Shown: positions 33,601-40,745 of the stretch, in pieces
Layout: every line of letters starts with the position of its first letter
Position numbering within the stretch: the first letter of the stretch is position 1
Virus record (IMG/VR): IMGVR_UViG_3300035506_000159
Source of the DNA: an uncultured virus (IMG/VR IMGVR_UViG_3300035506_000159)
Lineage: Duplodnaviria; Heunggongvirae; Uroviricota; Caudoviricetes
DNA length: 64,000 bases
Strand: one strand, 5' to 3'
The notes under the pieces: model-generated
Seen by the model: only the letters and a program-made list of their open reading frames with translations
The model's database searches: none
What the model was told of the DNA's origin: nothing
Translations under genes and position numbers: made by a program

Positions 33601-34874
33601 GCTTCTAGCTGCTCATTATACATGTCTTGATTTTCCATTAAGGTCATCAAGCGGTTATACTGATATTTACCAGCTAATGAAACTGCAGCAGCTTGCTTCT
33701 CAGCAGTAGTTAAACCATTCCACTTTCCCATCAAATCTTCAATAATATCACCCATATCACGAAGATTACCAGACTCATCGAGAACAGTAACTCCAAGCTT
33801 TTCTAACTGACTTGAAACTTCACCAAGAGTAGCTCCATCATCAGCAGTCTCACCAAGTTGCAAGTCTGCTAAACGGGCATAGATAGTGCGGAGAGAGTTA
33901 CCGACAGTCTCAGCGGATTCACGGGTAACAGAAATAATTGTTGAAATTTGAGCAACTAATTGGTCTTGCGATACACCAAGAGTATACGCGGAAGATGCAA
34001 CTTTAGACTCAGCAGTAGCTAGTTCTTCGAGGTCTGCTGCACCGATTGCCGCGACTTTTGCTAATTTATCAACTGCTTCTTCTGCTGCACCTGCTTCTTC
34101 AACATTAATATGGAAACCATTGTAAAGAGCAGTTAACTGTTCTGAAACTTCAGAAGTATCTTGACCTGTTACATTTGCAGTTTTAAGTGTAATGTCCGCA
34201 AGAGTATTAGAAGTGTCAAGATCATAACCCTGCTGTGCGAAAATCAAGCTAGCTTCTGTATATGCAGTAGTAGTTTGTCCAAGTGCTTCTGCCGCCTCAT
34301 TAGCATATTTAGCAAAAGCTTTCATATCTTCTGCATTATAATCACTAACAATACGAATATCATTTAGTGTTGCATCTAATTCTTTAGCAGATTCCCATGA
34401 ACGGTAAATTGTATTTTGAATTGTCTGAAAAACACTAGCTGTCGCACCCCAACGAACAGTGTTCGCAGCAGTATTCATCATTTTATCCCAAGTACTACTT
34501 ACCTGCTTAGTACCAGAATTAAACTTTGTTAATGTAGTCAATACTTCAGTAAATGCATTTTTACCAGCAATGCCAGTTTTACCAAAAGCATCTGATAAAG
34601 CTTTACTATCTCCACTTAATCCACTTAAACCCTGAGAAACTTTAGTAAAATCTAATCCTTTGGTCAATGAATCATATGAAGAACTAAAGGTATTACTAAG
34701 TTTATTTACAGCATTTCTAGCTTCACTAAGTTTATTGCTATCAAGAATACTAGCACTACCAAGCTTAGTTAACTTATCTTGTACTTTATTTAATTCTGTC
34801 TGTAATTGAGAGATACCTGTCTTATCTAATTTTGTACTAATTAGATATTCAAGTGAATTGGAATATTTTGCCAT
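24699..34874 (-). CDS. Tail tape measure protein
   Basis: 3391 aa mostly helical; TP901-type core (ESAETVGNSLRTIYARL, LAGKYQYNRL), hydrophobic patches, C-terminal GYDTGGYTG...LHQKELILN motif. Confidence 0.92.
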   Translation of the reverse strand: MAKYSNSLEYLISTKLDKTGISQLQTELNKVQDKLTKLGSASILDSNKLSEARNAVNKLSNTFSSSYDSLTKGLDFTKVSQGLSGLSGDSKALSDAFGKTGIAGKNAFTEVLTTLTKFNSGTKQVSSTWDKMMNTAANTVRWGATASVFQTIQNTIYRSWESAKELDATLNDIRIVSDYNAEDMKAFAKYANEAAEALGQTTTAYTEASLIFAQQGYDLDTSNTLADITLKTANVTGQDTSEVSEQLTALYNGFHINVEEAGAAEEAVDKLAKVAAIGAADLEELATAESKVASSAYTLGVSQDQLVAQISTIISVTRESAETVGNSLRTIYARLADLQLGETADDGATLGEVSSQLEKLGVTVLDESGNLRDMGDIIEDLMGKWNGLTTAEKQAAAVSLAGKYQYNRLMTLMENQDMYNEQLEASINATGTLQEQQDIYMESFAAKAAQMQAAAQGIFDTIFSTDQLKPIMTGLTAILDLVKNIMGTAYGDASNYGALAGLGGFALKAMKNPISSAMAKSSLNKEIRARDKENLEVGPDVQEEFISLANNDQINQEVVEQFKEWKVKATNYAKSLGFTEQERQEWDNAINEYGKALQALDTLNEEVDQDIEARITEILELTAGQEGAPTREELQGNVDSKGSNREKLQYLIEEKSAQEIQSIPQSKAKERLKAGYSKEITRLSALNNEVSKVAMGDFNLSVFGDEPGQLVSNEKLQQYSIEQLQSIKQAINNSIENLIQDNPDTISEDSTFVEKLKELADLYTASGKKLDDEAIEKIEEKKKEVQKAFNNEILSSNSLFGSSTVYDELSNNILPTRQGSLLNNKDLSQKEKQANLENIETKYGVILDSNEELKKAYKKLANAYMAESTDIKAYQEQLDKATEEFDTVLSNFASKKLDMSETKTGGKTSTQQENEDKQSMQHAGAVDSGAAKKAADSARQGVEDQIKFAGIRQQKQDVVELTASVTQLYGAWTNIKNLLDTLSSDDVSMGDKISAVIQTLVVLLPTLASASGGFEKFQSVMQNLQKTFREQKESIEQSKTSTKELTETVKEETTAEESHSTAIQNKTDAVEETTEAVKENTEATAENSSKDDTSASDSTKKDTEAIKENTEAIKENVDAVAEQEDNPIVDNTESIDKNSQAFEKNNQIIDKNSSALDSNIEKRKDNTSSVDDNTDEIQKSTYNVDENSDATKENTKETKKNTKEIDKQTKATKKDTKATKKDTKADKTNNKENSKKSSGKVDYEKGGGNAKQRRAKRRKAAKEAAQSDDKSNVKSVKQEVQAQEELKNAVDETNKAKEKQSTTTPPDNANIIQAEVEATQESAAAYGDLNTKKAEGNDIDIQKSESSAAYIGMLGAESEAASQTSAALAGQGEAVKSTSDSEKEATKAAQDLVDIKKEDIETTEKKTGAVEGSVIASGMEAAGAEIDKEAQEDLNEEKEEGIIVSAGQNAASLLSTIGLGLEAGAATLAKVAQEGLNAAINAFPGMFFITILTTIAGLLGGVIVDGITALATAVTDYFDSLDPNNAVEDLNNEAQELQQTASDISSEISEINSGIESIESGKETLEGLTKGSAEWYEQLNNVNQQVQDLIDKYPELAQYLTVDENGALGFTEEGQEAVVAEKQKQVTAATTAAAATKKQAIDKQAEADQYNFANSDENSFAATKTITREYNLNQPGVYGSTQKYTTETTTDTNVSLTSDEISSITDYIEGLDDITQASAEEVQQMLSQNDHQNVNLDTLADSIVKAIQEGNFGSASPNSDETRETEKNSQDVISGTALLSQYTDGENVSTAAAQIAGKALNDEIASVSAEMKDSWENSDFDDYVNQMTGGEGKVTSYNKDNLTYTDAEGEEQTVSLDAAADFLAAAKVQEESAEEIAQASLDFQNGIETANYNGILGDNGSDFLLEGAANSGEVGEGTTFDFSELSSSAREALASGDFELSDLGISEEDVTQFGYETGEQLKQALIDGAKNYSSDVGVEDLVDAAEFTDADVTALQESLDMTSDEYDNLVSAIYATDSAFASQCDSINNSIDSLESTNAELTRDNKTLDKNSQKYKDNQKQIEKNNKTIEQYQSILKKLQAAQVKQTKAAQKLSDTFADAKKVLSDTSSSASDVADAISDISGPWGDILDTDFSDWSNEAKTAFFTNTENLKLMEEALNGNDESLQKLRASAAKQVLVDMKICTDGNGNLTEQAQNLVDLASASISKIEAGATIEDTQYLNELVNMLKQTGATADDINTILGNLGVGIESITYKKVQILNDNGIPENIEVVDQVVYKKLSDAKTLSDNYTPSSTSPGGSGGSGDSGDSGSSYDPQTKDEIEDVADAYKEVDASIERVNAAMDRLQEKQDRLTGSDYVENLQKQIASYEKLIALEQERAKIAEAEAASGKAKLEAMGVTFGEDGISTNYLEIYNKYKENINSLIRTYNATTTEDGQDSLEEQIEDAQDAFDKFQETYDQYLDDLGVYEDAIAAAESYYDAIIDAQIEALKKQFEFIDGVKDLKEQMIAVKRALSGISSDDAFQNGLDTIERLSSYYMNAADAATYYGDKAAEANSKAAEYAEKGMDKVAAYWQELSDSYTQKATDAANYTGNPNDLYAGYLQDVTDRLKFYQEEWEKQKQTGKGDVYGDNSATLLEDMEEAYNLAVEYTQDLADGIEELEDDILELIDNIGEEFDKFNSKYDNVVSQLEHQLNMVNLIYGEQAYTKINDIVQAQNIVYDKQIDYLQEYIEQLKIQQTMFDKGSDEWQSYYEMITDAQSQLNDLVESSLENIQTIYENTVNSIMDSYTSSLFGTSDLDYLTSQWELASKNADMYLDSVNRSYETQKLQSKYIKLLNDTDGLATQQKITQQMNQQLAYLNDKTNLSEYDVKYAQAQLDILQKQIALEEAQRNKSQMKLKRDAQGNYSYTYVADDDSVADAEDALLDSYNSAYNLAKDNMKSTYSDMLSAASDFKSNAIDILTSTVLTAEEKQARLTELYAEYCELMSAYSEQYATSQSDITQVMTDMAATSFITLSDATVETIQQMADENYDVYEQIDSRFTSTINSLMKGISNFSDTFGETFRKDIDNALSSYETSVENVCNKVGEDFSKTNDILQETNTTMENLTTATDTFFTSLQKSSTQISTLNSNLDNLRSQVAQLNDENSTYAQNLKTVEATLASEQEKNRQLSADLAAATAANTSSSSSSSSGSGSSGGDGTPQIGDIVTYTGGEYYSSSDGQKPLGHQGEGKQAKITYMVNGGKATTSRPYPIHIQPLDGIGGPYGWLTINQIKGYDTGGYTGTWTSDQNSGLDSKGGRLALLHQKELILNATDTENILAAVSAVRDMASNFKSDMMNNLLTSLSTTMPSSVSSKNETIEQNITIQAEFPNANSVSDIQEALLSLNSVAEQYAYRK

Positions 34875-34983
34875 ACAGCTACTCTCCTTTTCCTTTTATG
34901 TCCAATAGTAACAAATACTATATAGCAATTTAAATTATGTGCGGCTAATGTTGAGTCCAATGCTACACCCGCCGCATAGACAT

Positions 34984-35019
34984 AAAAAAATAGCCTACTT
35001 TATATAAAAGTAGGCTATT
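34984..35019 (-). terminator. Intrinsic terminator
   Basis: AATAGCCTACTTT-TATAT-AAAGTAGGCTATT followed by T run. Confidence 0.8.
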
Positions 35020-35042
35020 AAAAATAATTAAATTTTGACCAA
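34994..35042 (-). promoter_or_regulatory. Putative phage late-promoter motif copy overlapping terminator
   Basis: TTGGTCAAAA-N23-TTTTATATA..TAGG upstream of tape measure gene. Confidence 0.5.
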
Positions 35043-35048
35043 GGTAAA

Positions 35049-35564
35049 TTACTGTACTAACTTAGTCTTTGATTCATTTGGGGTAATATCTGGCTGAATA
35101 CCAAGCTTGGCTGCGAGCTGCAGAACTTGCTTAAGCTCCTTACTATCTGTAATTTGCTTAAGTTCACCAGTAAGATTAGATACTGAATCGCTAATAATAG
35201 TTGAAAGTGCATCAATAATTCCTCTGAAAGAATCATTGTACTTACAGAAATCTTCAAACATTTCATTTCCAACTTCAGCCACAAAATCACAATCACTTGA
35301 ATAATTTGTAAGCATATCATCGATAGTTCCATCCTTTAGAAGCATATCCCATACTTGCAAAGCTCCGTCTTCTACATGAGCACTAATTTCATCCTTACGT
35401 TCTGGATATAGAACAAGAGCTAGTGCAATATAAAGGGAACGACTAAAAACAAAACTATCAATTACATTATCACTAGCAGCCACCGCAATTGCAAATTGTA
35501 CAACATCATATGCTTCTTGACTACTAATAGTACGATTCTTTTCCATTTCAATGTTAATTGACAT
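35049..35564 (-). CDS. Putative tail assembly chaperone
   Basis: 171 aa acidic helical protein immediately upstream of tape measure; AAAGGAGG RBS. Function from synteny only. Confidence 0.5.
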   Translation of the reverse strand: MSINIEMEKNRTISSQEAYDVVQFAIAVAASDNVIDSFVFSRSLYIALALVLYPERKDEISAHVEDGALQVWDMLLKDGTIDDMLTNYSSDCDFVAEVGNEMFEDFCKYNDSFRGIIDALSTIISDSVSNLTGELKQITDSKELKQVLQLAAKLGIQPDITPNESKTKLVQ

Positions 35565-35596
35565 AGAACCTCCTTTTGTCTCTAATAATATAAATT

Positions 35597-35625
35597 ATTA
35601 TATCATAATATTTATAATAAGTCAA
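35597..35625 (-). promoter_or_regulatory. Sigma70/SigA-type promoter
   Basis: TTGACT-N17-TATAAT with extended -10 TG. Confidence 0.7.
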
Positions 35626-35630
35626 TTTAT

Positions 35631-37370
35631 TTATTTAAACATTTCTAATAAATTATTTAAAGTAACTTGTAACTTTACAGTTTTTAAAAGAGTCTCAATT
35701 CTTGTCACCGATAATTCAGAACGAGTTTCAGCTAAACTATCATCTTTCTTTCTGCTTCTTTTTGCTTCTTCAGGACTCAACCATGTATTCATTCTACAGA
35801 ACTTAGACCTAATGCTAATTGATTTTATATCACTAGAAAAAACCGTTCCTTTAATATTATTTATAGTAAGTTTACTTAATATTTCATCTACAGGATATAT
35901 TTTACCATTTACAACTAGAAAAAATGTTAATGCTCCAGCAGAATAATTATATTTTTCTTGTCTAACACCAACCAAGGCATCTAGAAAATTTGATATAGCA
36001 GTAGAAGTAACAATATTTTGCCACCTAGTATCTATTTCTGAATCATCAAAATTAAATTTCTTACCCTTTTCTGTATATCCTTTTCCACGCCAACCTGAAA
36101 TAACATTATAAAGATAATTCATAGAATTTTCACTATTTTCAACTGTTTTATTATAAGCATTTAAAAAACTAGTTCCACTAACAAGACTGATATGAGAAAT
36201 ACTATCATTACCATTAGTAATCTTGGTAGTATAATCTTTTATCGAATATCCAACTGCCAAACTTGCTCCGTCTTTGTTTATATTTAGCATTACGTCGCCT
36301 TTTGATACCCTTTTACCTTCTACTGTATCAATCTGAGAATCTCCAACAACTTTTCCTTGAATAAGAACATGACATCCATCTGATGTAATACCTGAAAATA
36401 TACCAGTCTTACTATTGTTAAAAAATTTAGCTCCACACATTTGATCCATACTTTGATAAGTCTTAACATGTCCGTTCAAAATTGCTTGTAGCCATGCAAC
36501 CTCTCCAAAATCTCCTTTAACATTTGTTAAAAATCCACCCAGTTTTTGTGCAATTTTTTGAAATAATTCAGCCCCAGAGACTCTAGAAGTTTTATTTCCT
36601 CGACTATGGGTAATAGTATAAGTTTTATTATAGTCAAGCGTTCCTATCTCAGTCTTAGATTCAATAGCCCCAAAAGATGTTAATAATAATATCGCTTGAT
36701 TATAAGCTAATCCTAAATCCTCATACGTGCCTGGCGTTACTTTTAATGCTTTAATTCCTCCACTCGTTAATACATCTTTCATTATAGAAGTGGCTATCAT
36801 ATTGTCCTTTATATTCCCACCTTTTTTTTGAAGATAACTATTAATTAAAGACTGAGCATAATCTGCTAAGGTGCCAGGGTCATTTAATAAATTTGCCAAT
36901 GAATTACTAATGTTTGTCATGGATTCGGAAAAATTCGTGTAACAGAGATCAACTACCTTTTGAGCTTTTTCCTCAATTTTTCCTTCTACTGCTTTTAGTG
37001 ATTTTATATCACCTTTAAATTGGAGATCTTCCATAGCTTCATTCAATGCGTTTCTAAATGCTACTTGCGGACTAACTGTATTACTATTGCTTTCTAATCT
37101 ATTGGCATTATCCCATGCCTTTTGCATATTTTGTCCGAGATTACTACTATCTCCATACTCTTCTATAAGAGAATTAAAATCATTTAAATTGTTTATATCA
37201 GAATCATTCATAGCTTGAATTTTACGACTTCTCCATTCCATCATTAAATTCATTTTTTTCTCTTGAAAATTTACATTATAATTCATTAATGTATCCATAG
37301 TTTTTACAGTTGCAATATCTTTAGCATAGTAATCACTAAAACGATAATGTACATAATTTGCATATATCAT
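35631..37370 (-). CDS. Hypothetical protein, possible PD-(D/E)XK-like fold
   Basis: 579 aa, AAGGAGG RBS; motif order KGDFGE ... SKGDV ... SIKDY. Confidence 0.6.
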   Translation of the reverse strand: MIYANYVHYRFSDYYAKDIATVKTMDTLMNYNVNFQEKKMNLMMEWRSRKIQAMNDSDINNLNDFNSLIEEYGDSSNLGQNMQKAWDNANRLESNSNTVSPQVAFRNALNEAMEDLQFKGDIKSLKAVEGKIEEKAQKVVDLCYTNFSESMTNISNSLANLLNDPGTLADYAQSLINSYLQKKGGNIKDNMIATSIMKDVLTSGGIKALKVTPGTYEDLGLAYNQAILLLTSFGAIESKTEIGTLDYNKTYTITHSRGNKTSRVSGAELFQKIAQKLGGFLTNVKGDFGEVAWLQAILNGHVKTYQSMDQMCGAKFFNNSKTGIFSGITSDGCHVLIQGKVVGDSQIDTVEGKRVSKGDVMLNINKDGASLAVGYSIKDYTTKITNGNDSISHISLVSGTSFLNAYNKTVENSENSMNYLYNVISGWRGKGYTEKGKKFNFDDSEIDTRWQNIVTSTAISNFLDALVGVRQEKYNYSAGALTFFLVVNGKIYPVDEILSKLTINNIKGTVFSSDIKSISIRSKFCRMNTWLSPEEAKRSRKKDDSLAETRSELSVTRIETLLKTVKLQVTLNNLLEMFK

Positions 37371-37429
37371 TTTTAACCTCCTTTTTATTATCTATTAATA
37401 ATACTATTTACCTATTACCAATAGGTAAT

Positions 37430-37460
37430 AAAAAAAGGGAGTCCCCGTAGGCACTCCCTT
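37430..37460 (-). terminator. Intrinsic terminator after major tail gene
   Basis: AAGGGAGTGCCTACGGGGACTCCCTTTTTTTT. Confidence 0.85.
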
Positions 37461-37482
37461 AAGAGTTTAATTAAGTAGATTC

Positions 37483-37665
37483 CTACTCATCATCAGAAGT
37501 AGAATCAGAATCATCTGATTCAGTATCTTCTTCTGTCTTTTCAACAGGTTCAGTTACTTCTTCTTGTTTATCAGATTCTTCTTCTTTCTTATCACTATCG
37601 TCTACTACTGGTTCAGTAGTATCTTCTTGTGATGGTTCTTCAGTAGAATTATCTACTGGTTCACT
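37483..37665 (-). CDS. In-frame acidic C-terminal extension of major tail protein (putative UGA readthrough)
   Basis: 60 open codons directly after TGA 37668-37666 in the same frame, ending TAG; no in-frame ATG/GTG/TTG; lies before the terminator. Confidence 0.6.
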   Translation of the reverse strand, partial: SEPVDNSTEEPSQEDTTEPVVDDSDKKEEESDKQEEVTEPVEKTEEDTESDDSDSTSDDE

Positions 37666-38424
37666 TCAGTCAGTCTCCTCAACTTCGCCATCTGCTGCAA
37701 TAACGGTAGGAGCGATGTTCTCCTCACCGATGATTTGGATTGCGGCAAAGACCTTGTGGGTCTTGTCAAAGTTGGTATAGTCAGGGAAGGCATCCATAGT
37801 GAAAGTGAAAGTACTGGGGTCGCCAGTGTTAGCCATGCTGAAGGTAAAGTTAGATTGAATCTTAACGTTAGGAAGAACAATCTCAGCAGGCATATCCTGA
37901 GCGGTATACTGGTCACGGAAGAGGGTAGAAGCCTCAACGTAGTAGTTACCAGCAAAGTTCTCGGCATCGATGGTCATCTCGGTTGCGCCACCAGTGTGCT
38001 GAGCATAACAATCAAGACGGACAGTCTTGCCGACATATTCAGCAAGAGTATCATTCTGAATAATTAGATCGTCATTCTCAGTAATAGTATAAACACCATC
38101 AACTGGGTTAGGACCAGAAGCAGAGGTAATTGGACCAACTGGAACAACACCCGCACCAGTATTGTCTAGAACAAAGCCATACATAGGTACGTCTTCACTA
38201 ATAACAATATTGAAGCGGTCGTCAGCGGTACTAATACCACCTTGGGCGGTTGAATGATCAATATGAACTTCGCCACCAGCAAGAATAGGTAGGTCAAAAG
38301 TGGTGTGAATATTAATCTTGTTTTGCTTGTCAGCATCGGTGAAGTTGGCAAGGCCAGCACCAGTAAGCATAGCAAAGCTGATTGGTGAAATTAGGGCATC
38401 TTCGACTGTGAAAGTGACGGTACG
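37666..38424 (-). CDS. Major tail protein, exon 3
   Basis: RTVTFTVEDALISP...KIQSNFTFSMANTGDPSTFTFTMDAFP; GC-richer high-expression codons. Confidence 0.85.
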   Translation of the reverse strand, partial: RTVTFTVEDALISPISFAMLTGAGLANFTDADKQNKINIHTTFDLPILAGGEVHIDHSTAQGGISTADDRFNIVISEDVPMYGFVLDNTGAGVVPVGPITSASGPNPVDGVYTITENDDLIIQNDTLAEYVGKTVRLDCYAQHTGGATEMTIDAENFAGNYYVEASTLFRDQYTAQDMPAEIVLPNVKIQSNFTFSMANTGDPSTFTFTMDAFPDYTNFDKTHKVFAAIQIIGEENIAPTVIAADGEVEETD

Positions 38425-39661
38425 CATAATTTTTTGTTAGGTGCCCTAAAAATTTGTTAGGTTTTCACAATATCTCTATTGTGATTAGACTATATCTTCG
38501 CCGTTATGCTATCGGCGTTCCTCACTGTCCTTATAAAAAGGCACTTAGTCGTTGAAGTTTTTGGTTACAATTTGCCAGAAATCAGAAGTAACTAAAAATT
38601 TTTCTAGTTCATTAAAAAATTGATATGGAATAACTAAAAATGGAATTCTGTTATCCTCACAAAACTTTCTTTTAATATAGTCATGCTTTTGTTGGTAAAC
38701 TAATCTATCTGGAGTATCCCAACTAGTTCCAGTAGTAGAATAATGTAAGGAACCATTCAATTCTATCAATCCAATTAGTTCATCTTCATTATTAAAAAGA
38801 GCAAAGTCAAATGGTAATGGTCTTTTATCTAAACAGCTTTCAAATCTATATTCTCTTTTAAATGGGATGTTTAATCTGGTAAGAACTTTATCCATTTCAG
38901 CATTTGCTTTAGAATCAATGCAACCGCAAGACGCTGTTGTTCCTGAAAAAATTCTCTTACCTAAGACATCAACTTCATTGCCGCAATCGCACATGCAATG
39001 ATACCAATATGCATCATTTTTTGCATAACAAGACAATAAAGTTAGTTTTCCATGCTTTTCACCAATGTGGCTCTCTGCATTTTCAGCATGTCTTTTCTTA
39101 GTGTCTATAGATTTCTTGCATCCACAACTCTTTGATGTTCCTTGCTTTAGACTTCCATCAAAAACACTTTTTATAGTTCCGCAAGAACACTTACAAATCC
39201 AATATCTTGGTCTGCTTTTATCTTGCGCGATAACTGTCCATTCTCCAAAAGTTTGTCCAATTAAACTATTTTGACAAGCTCGACTACATGCGGTAGAGAT
39301 ACCTTGAATTAGGGCAGTTCCCCTAACAGCTCTAATAGTGCCACAGACAAGACACTTGCATGTAAAATATTTGATTCGATGTTTATTAACATGACTAAAT
39401 TCTATTACTTCCCAATTTCCAAATCTCATTCCTGGCTTAATCTCACTTGGAGTCATATTTAAGTCTCCTTTTTCTAGTGCCAAGTAACCAACTTACCTGC
39501 GGATTGTCTAATACTTGACGATTTTACTATACTGAAGTAATTAACTTCACCACTAATTATATCACTATATTAGCTTAGTTGTCAAGTCTCTAAAGAGTTT
39601 CCCGCAATTCAAGGAATTTTTTTAGAAGGCAAGAGTACCAGTGTCACTTTGAGTAAATTCT
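38425..39661 (-). mobile_element. Group I intron 2 of major tail gene, endonuclease-encoding (5' boundary inferred)
   Basis: P element AATTGCGGGAAA, Q AATCCGCAG, R TTCAACGACTAA, S AAGATATAGTCT; P3 TTCCT/AGGAA; ends AUG before CGT. Confidence 0.85.
38545..39456 (-). CDS. Intron-encoded homing endonuclease (three Cys-rich repeats plus Vsr/DUF559-like nuclease domain)
   Basis: ATG 39456 with AAAGGAG, 303 aa; repeats G..FG.W.V...C.C.CG...SCGC; C-terminal LPFDF..IELNG.LHY..IPFLVIPY; stop lies in the P7 strand. Confidence 0.8.
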   Translation of the reverse strand: MTPSEIKPGMRFGNWEVIEFSHVNKHRIKYFTCKCLVCGTIRAVRGTALIQGISTACSRACQNSLIGQTFGEWTVIAQDKSRPRYWICKCSCGTIKSVFDGSLKQGTSKSCGCKKSIDTKKRHAENAESHIGEKHGKLTLLSCYAKNDAYWYHCMCDCGNEVDVLGKRIFSGTTASCGCIDSKANAEMDKVLTRLNIPFKREYRFESCLDKRPLPFDFALFNNEDELIGLIELNGSLHYSTTGTSWDTPDRLVYQQKHDYIKRKFCEDNRIPFLVIPYQFFNELEKFLVTSDFWQIVTKNFND

Positions 39662-39848
39662 TTCGCCTTCCCACGCGACAAGACGGGGGTTGCCCTTACC
39701 GCCTTGAGCATAAACAGTATTTGCAGCACCCTCAAGTGTGGAGGTCTTAGCTGTATCAATGTAAAGAACAGGCTGACCCTTCTTGAAGGTCTTGTTACCA
39801 ATTTGCATGTCTGTACGTGCCTTAAAGACAACATCACAAATTTCTCTT
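39662..39848 (-). CDS. Major tail protein, exon 2
   Basis: Correct frame not in ORF track: REICDVVFKARTDMQIGNKTFKKGQPVLYIDTAKTSTLEGAANTVYAQGGKGNPRLVAWEGE. Confidence 0.85.
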
Positions 39849-40075
39849 CATTTTATTACAAAATGGACTATCTCTTAGTATTACTCTTGGTAATACTATA
39901 CCTTTTTCGCATTACGTGCCAATAGTAATCCTACTTTATCTATTAAGATTATATAGTCTCTACATCGCTCCTATTGGAATGACACGGGATTTCCATTATA
40001 GATTCCCCGTTAGCCTATATATTATAATATAGACCCCCGCGGCAACAGGATAAGGTATATTGGCGCAAGAAGCTC
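39849..40075 (-). ncRNA. Group I intron 1 of major tail gene, ORF-less, 227 nt
   Basis: P1 UUGGCGU/GCGCCAA with U.G; P3 ATACCTT/AAGGTAT; R GTAGAGACTAT, S AAGAGATAGTCC; terminal G; splicing restores MRFGV-REIC. Confidence 0.9.
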
Positions 40076-40089
40076 ACGCCAAAACGCAT
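40076..40089 (-). CDS. Major tail protein, exon 1 (14 nt)
   Basis: TAAGGAGG RBS then ATG CGT TTT GGC GT. Confidence 0.85.
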
Positions 40090-40100
40090 ATTTTTCCTCC

Positions 40101-40745
40101 TTAGAAAAATTTCGCTTTTTTACGAACCAAATATAACTTGGGATTATCTTTATAAAGATATTCTCCTAGCTTTAATGAATCTTTCTTTCCAAATTTGAGT
40201 AGATTATTATCAAGGTCATAACTTCCACCCACAATATTAGCACTTTGCTCTAATTTTGCTTTCAAGGATTTAGCAAAATTTTCTCCGCAAATAAAAGAAG
40301 TATTAATTCTATTTCCTTTAATCTTTGCTATATTGCCTTTTCCATCAAAATATCCTCTAATAAAATCATTAAGATATTCATCTGGAATATTTGGAAAATT
40401 TGAAGATAGTGATTTTGTTTCAGAACCACCCAAAGTAATAATATCATTATACAATTCAGAACAACAAAAGTTAATACGTGCAACTTGTTTGTCTACTAAA
40501 TCATATAAAATACCATTATAATTTAATTGTCTAGCAATTTGCTTAATGATGTATTTATCTTTTTTAGATACTGTAATATCAAAAATTTTACCGCTGTAGA
40601 TACAGCCATCGGCCCACCAAAAACCAAATATATAAGCCATATTACTAGACCAGACTTTGAAAAAGTCCTTTTTAAATTCTTCAGGCGAAGTCTTATCATT
40701 GTTCTGGGACAATAAAAGTCCTTCATGTTCTTTCAACATTGTCAT
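40101..40745 (-). CDS. Free-standing two-motif LAGLIDADG-family protein
   Basis: Motifs AYIFGFWWADG and DFIRGYFDGKG; likely start ATG 40745 (214 aa). Confidence 0.8.
   Translation of the reverse strand: MTMLKEHEGLLLSQNNDKTSPEEFKKDFFKVWSSNMAYIFGFWWADGCIYSGKIFDITVSKKDKYIIKQIARQLNYNGILYDLVDKQVARINFCCSELYNDIITLGGSETKSLSSNFPNIPDEYLNDFIRGYFDGKGNIAKIKGNRINTSFICGENFAKSLKAKLEQSANIVGGSYDLDNNLLKFGKKDSLKLGEYLYKDNPKLYLVRKKAKFF

Noticed and set aside
37471..37485. Genome-wide stop-codon reassignment (TAG followed by GAA TCT ACT TAA)
   Set aside because: Multi-kb genes are uninterrupted under the standard code and several genes end cleanly in TAG.
39622..39837. ORF-track 71-aa ORF as tail exon 2
   Set aside because: Wrong frame; the coding frame is the one giving REICDVVFKA...WEGE.
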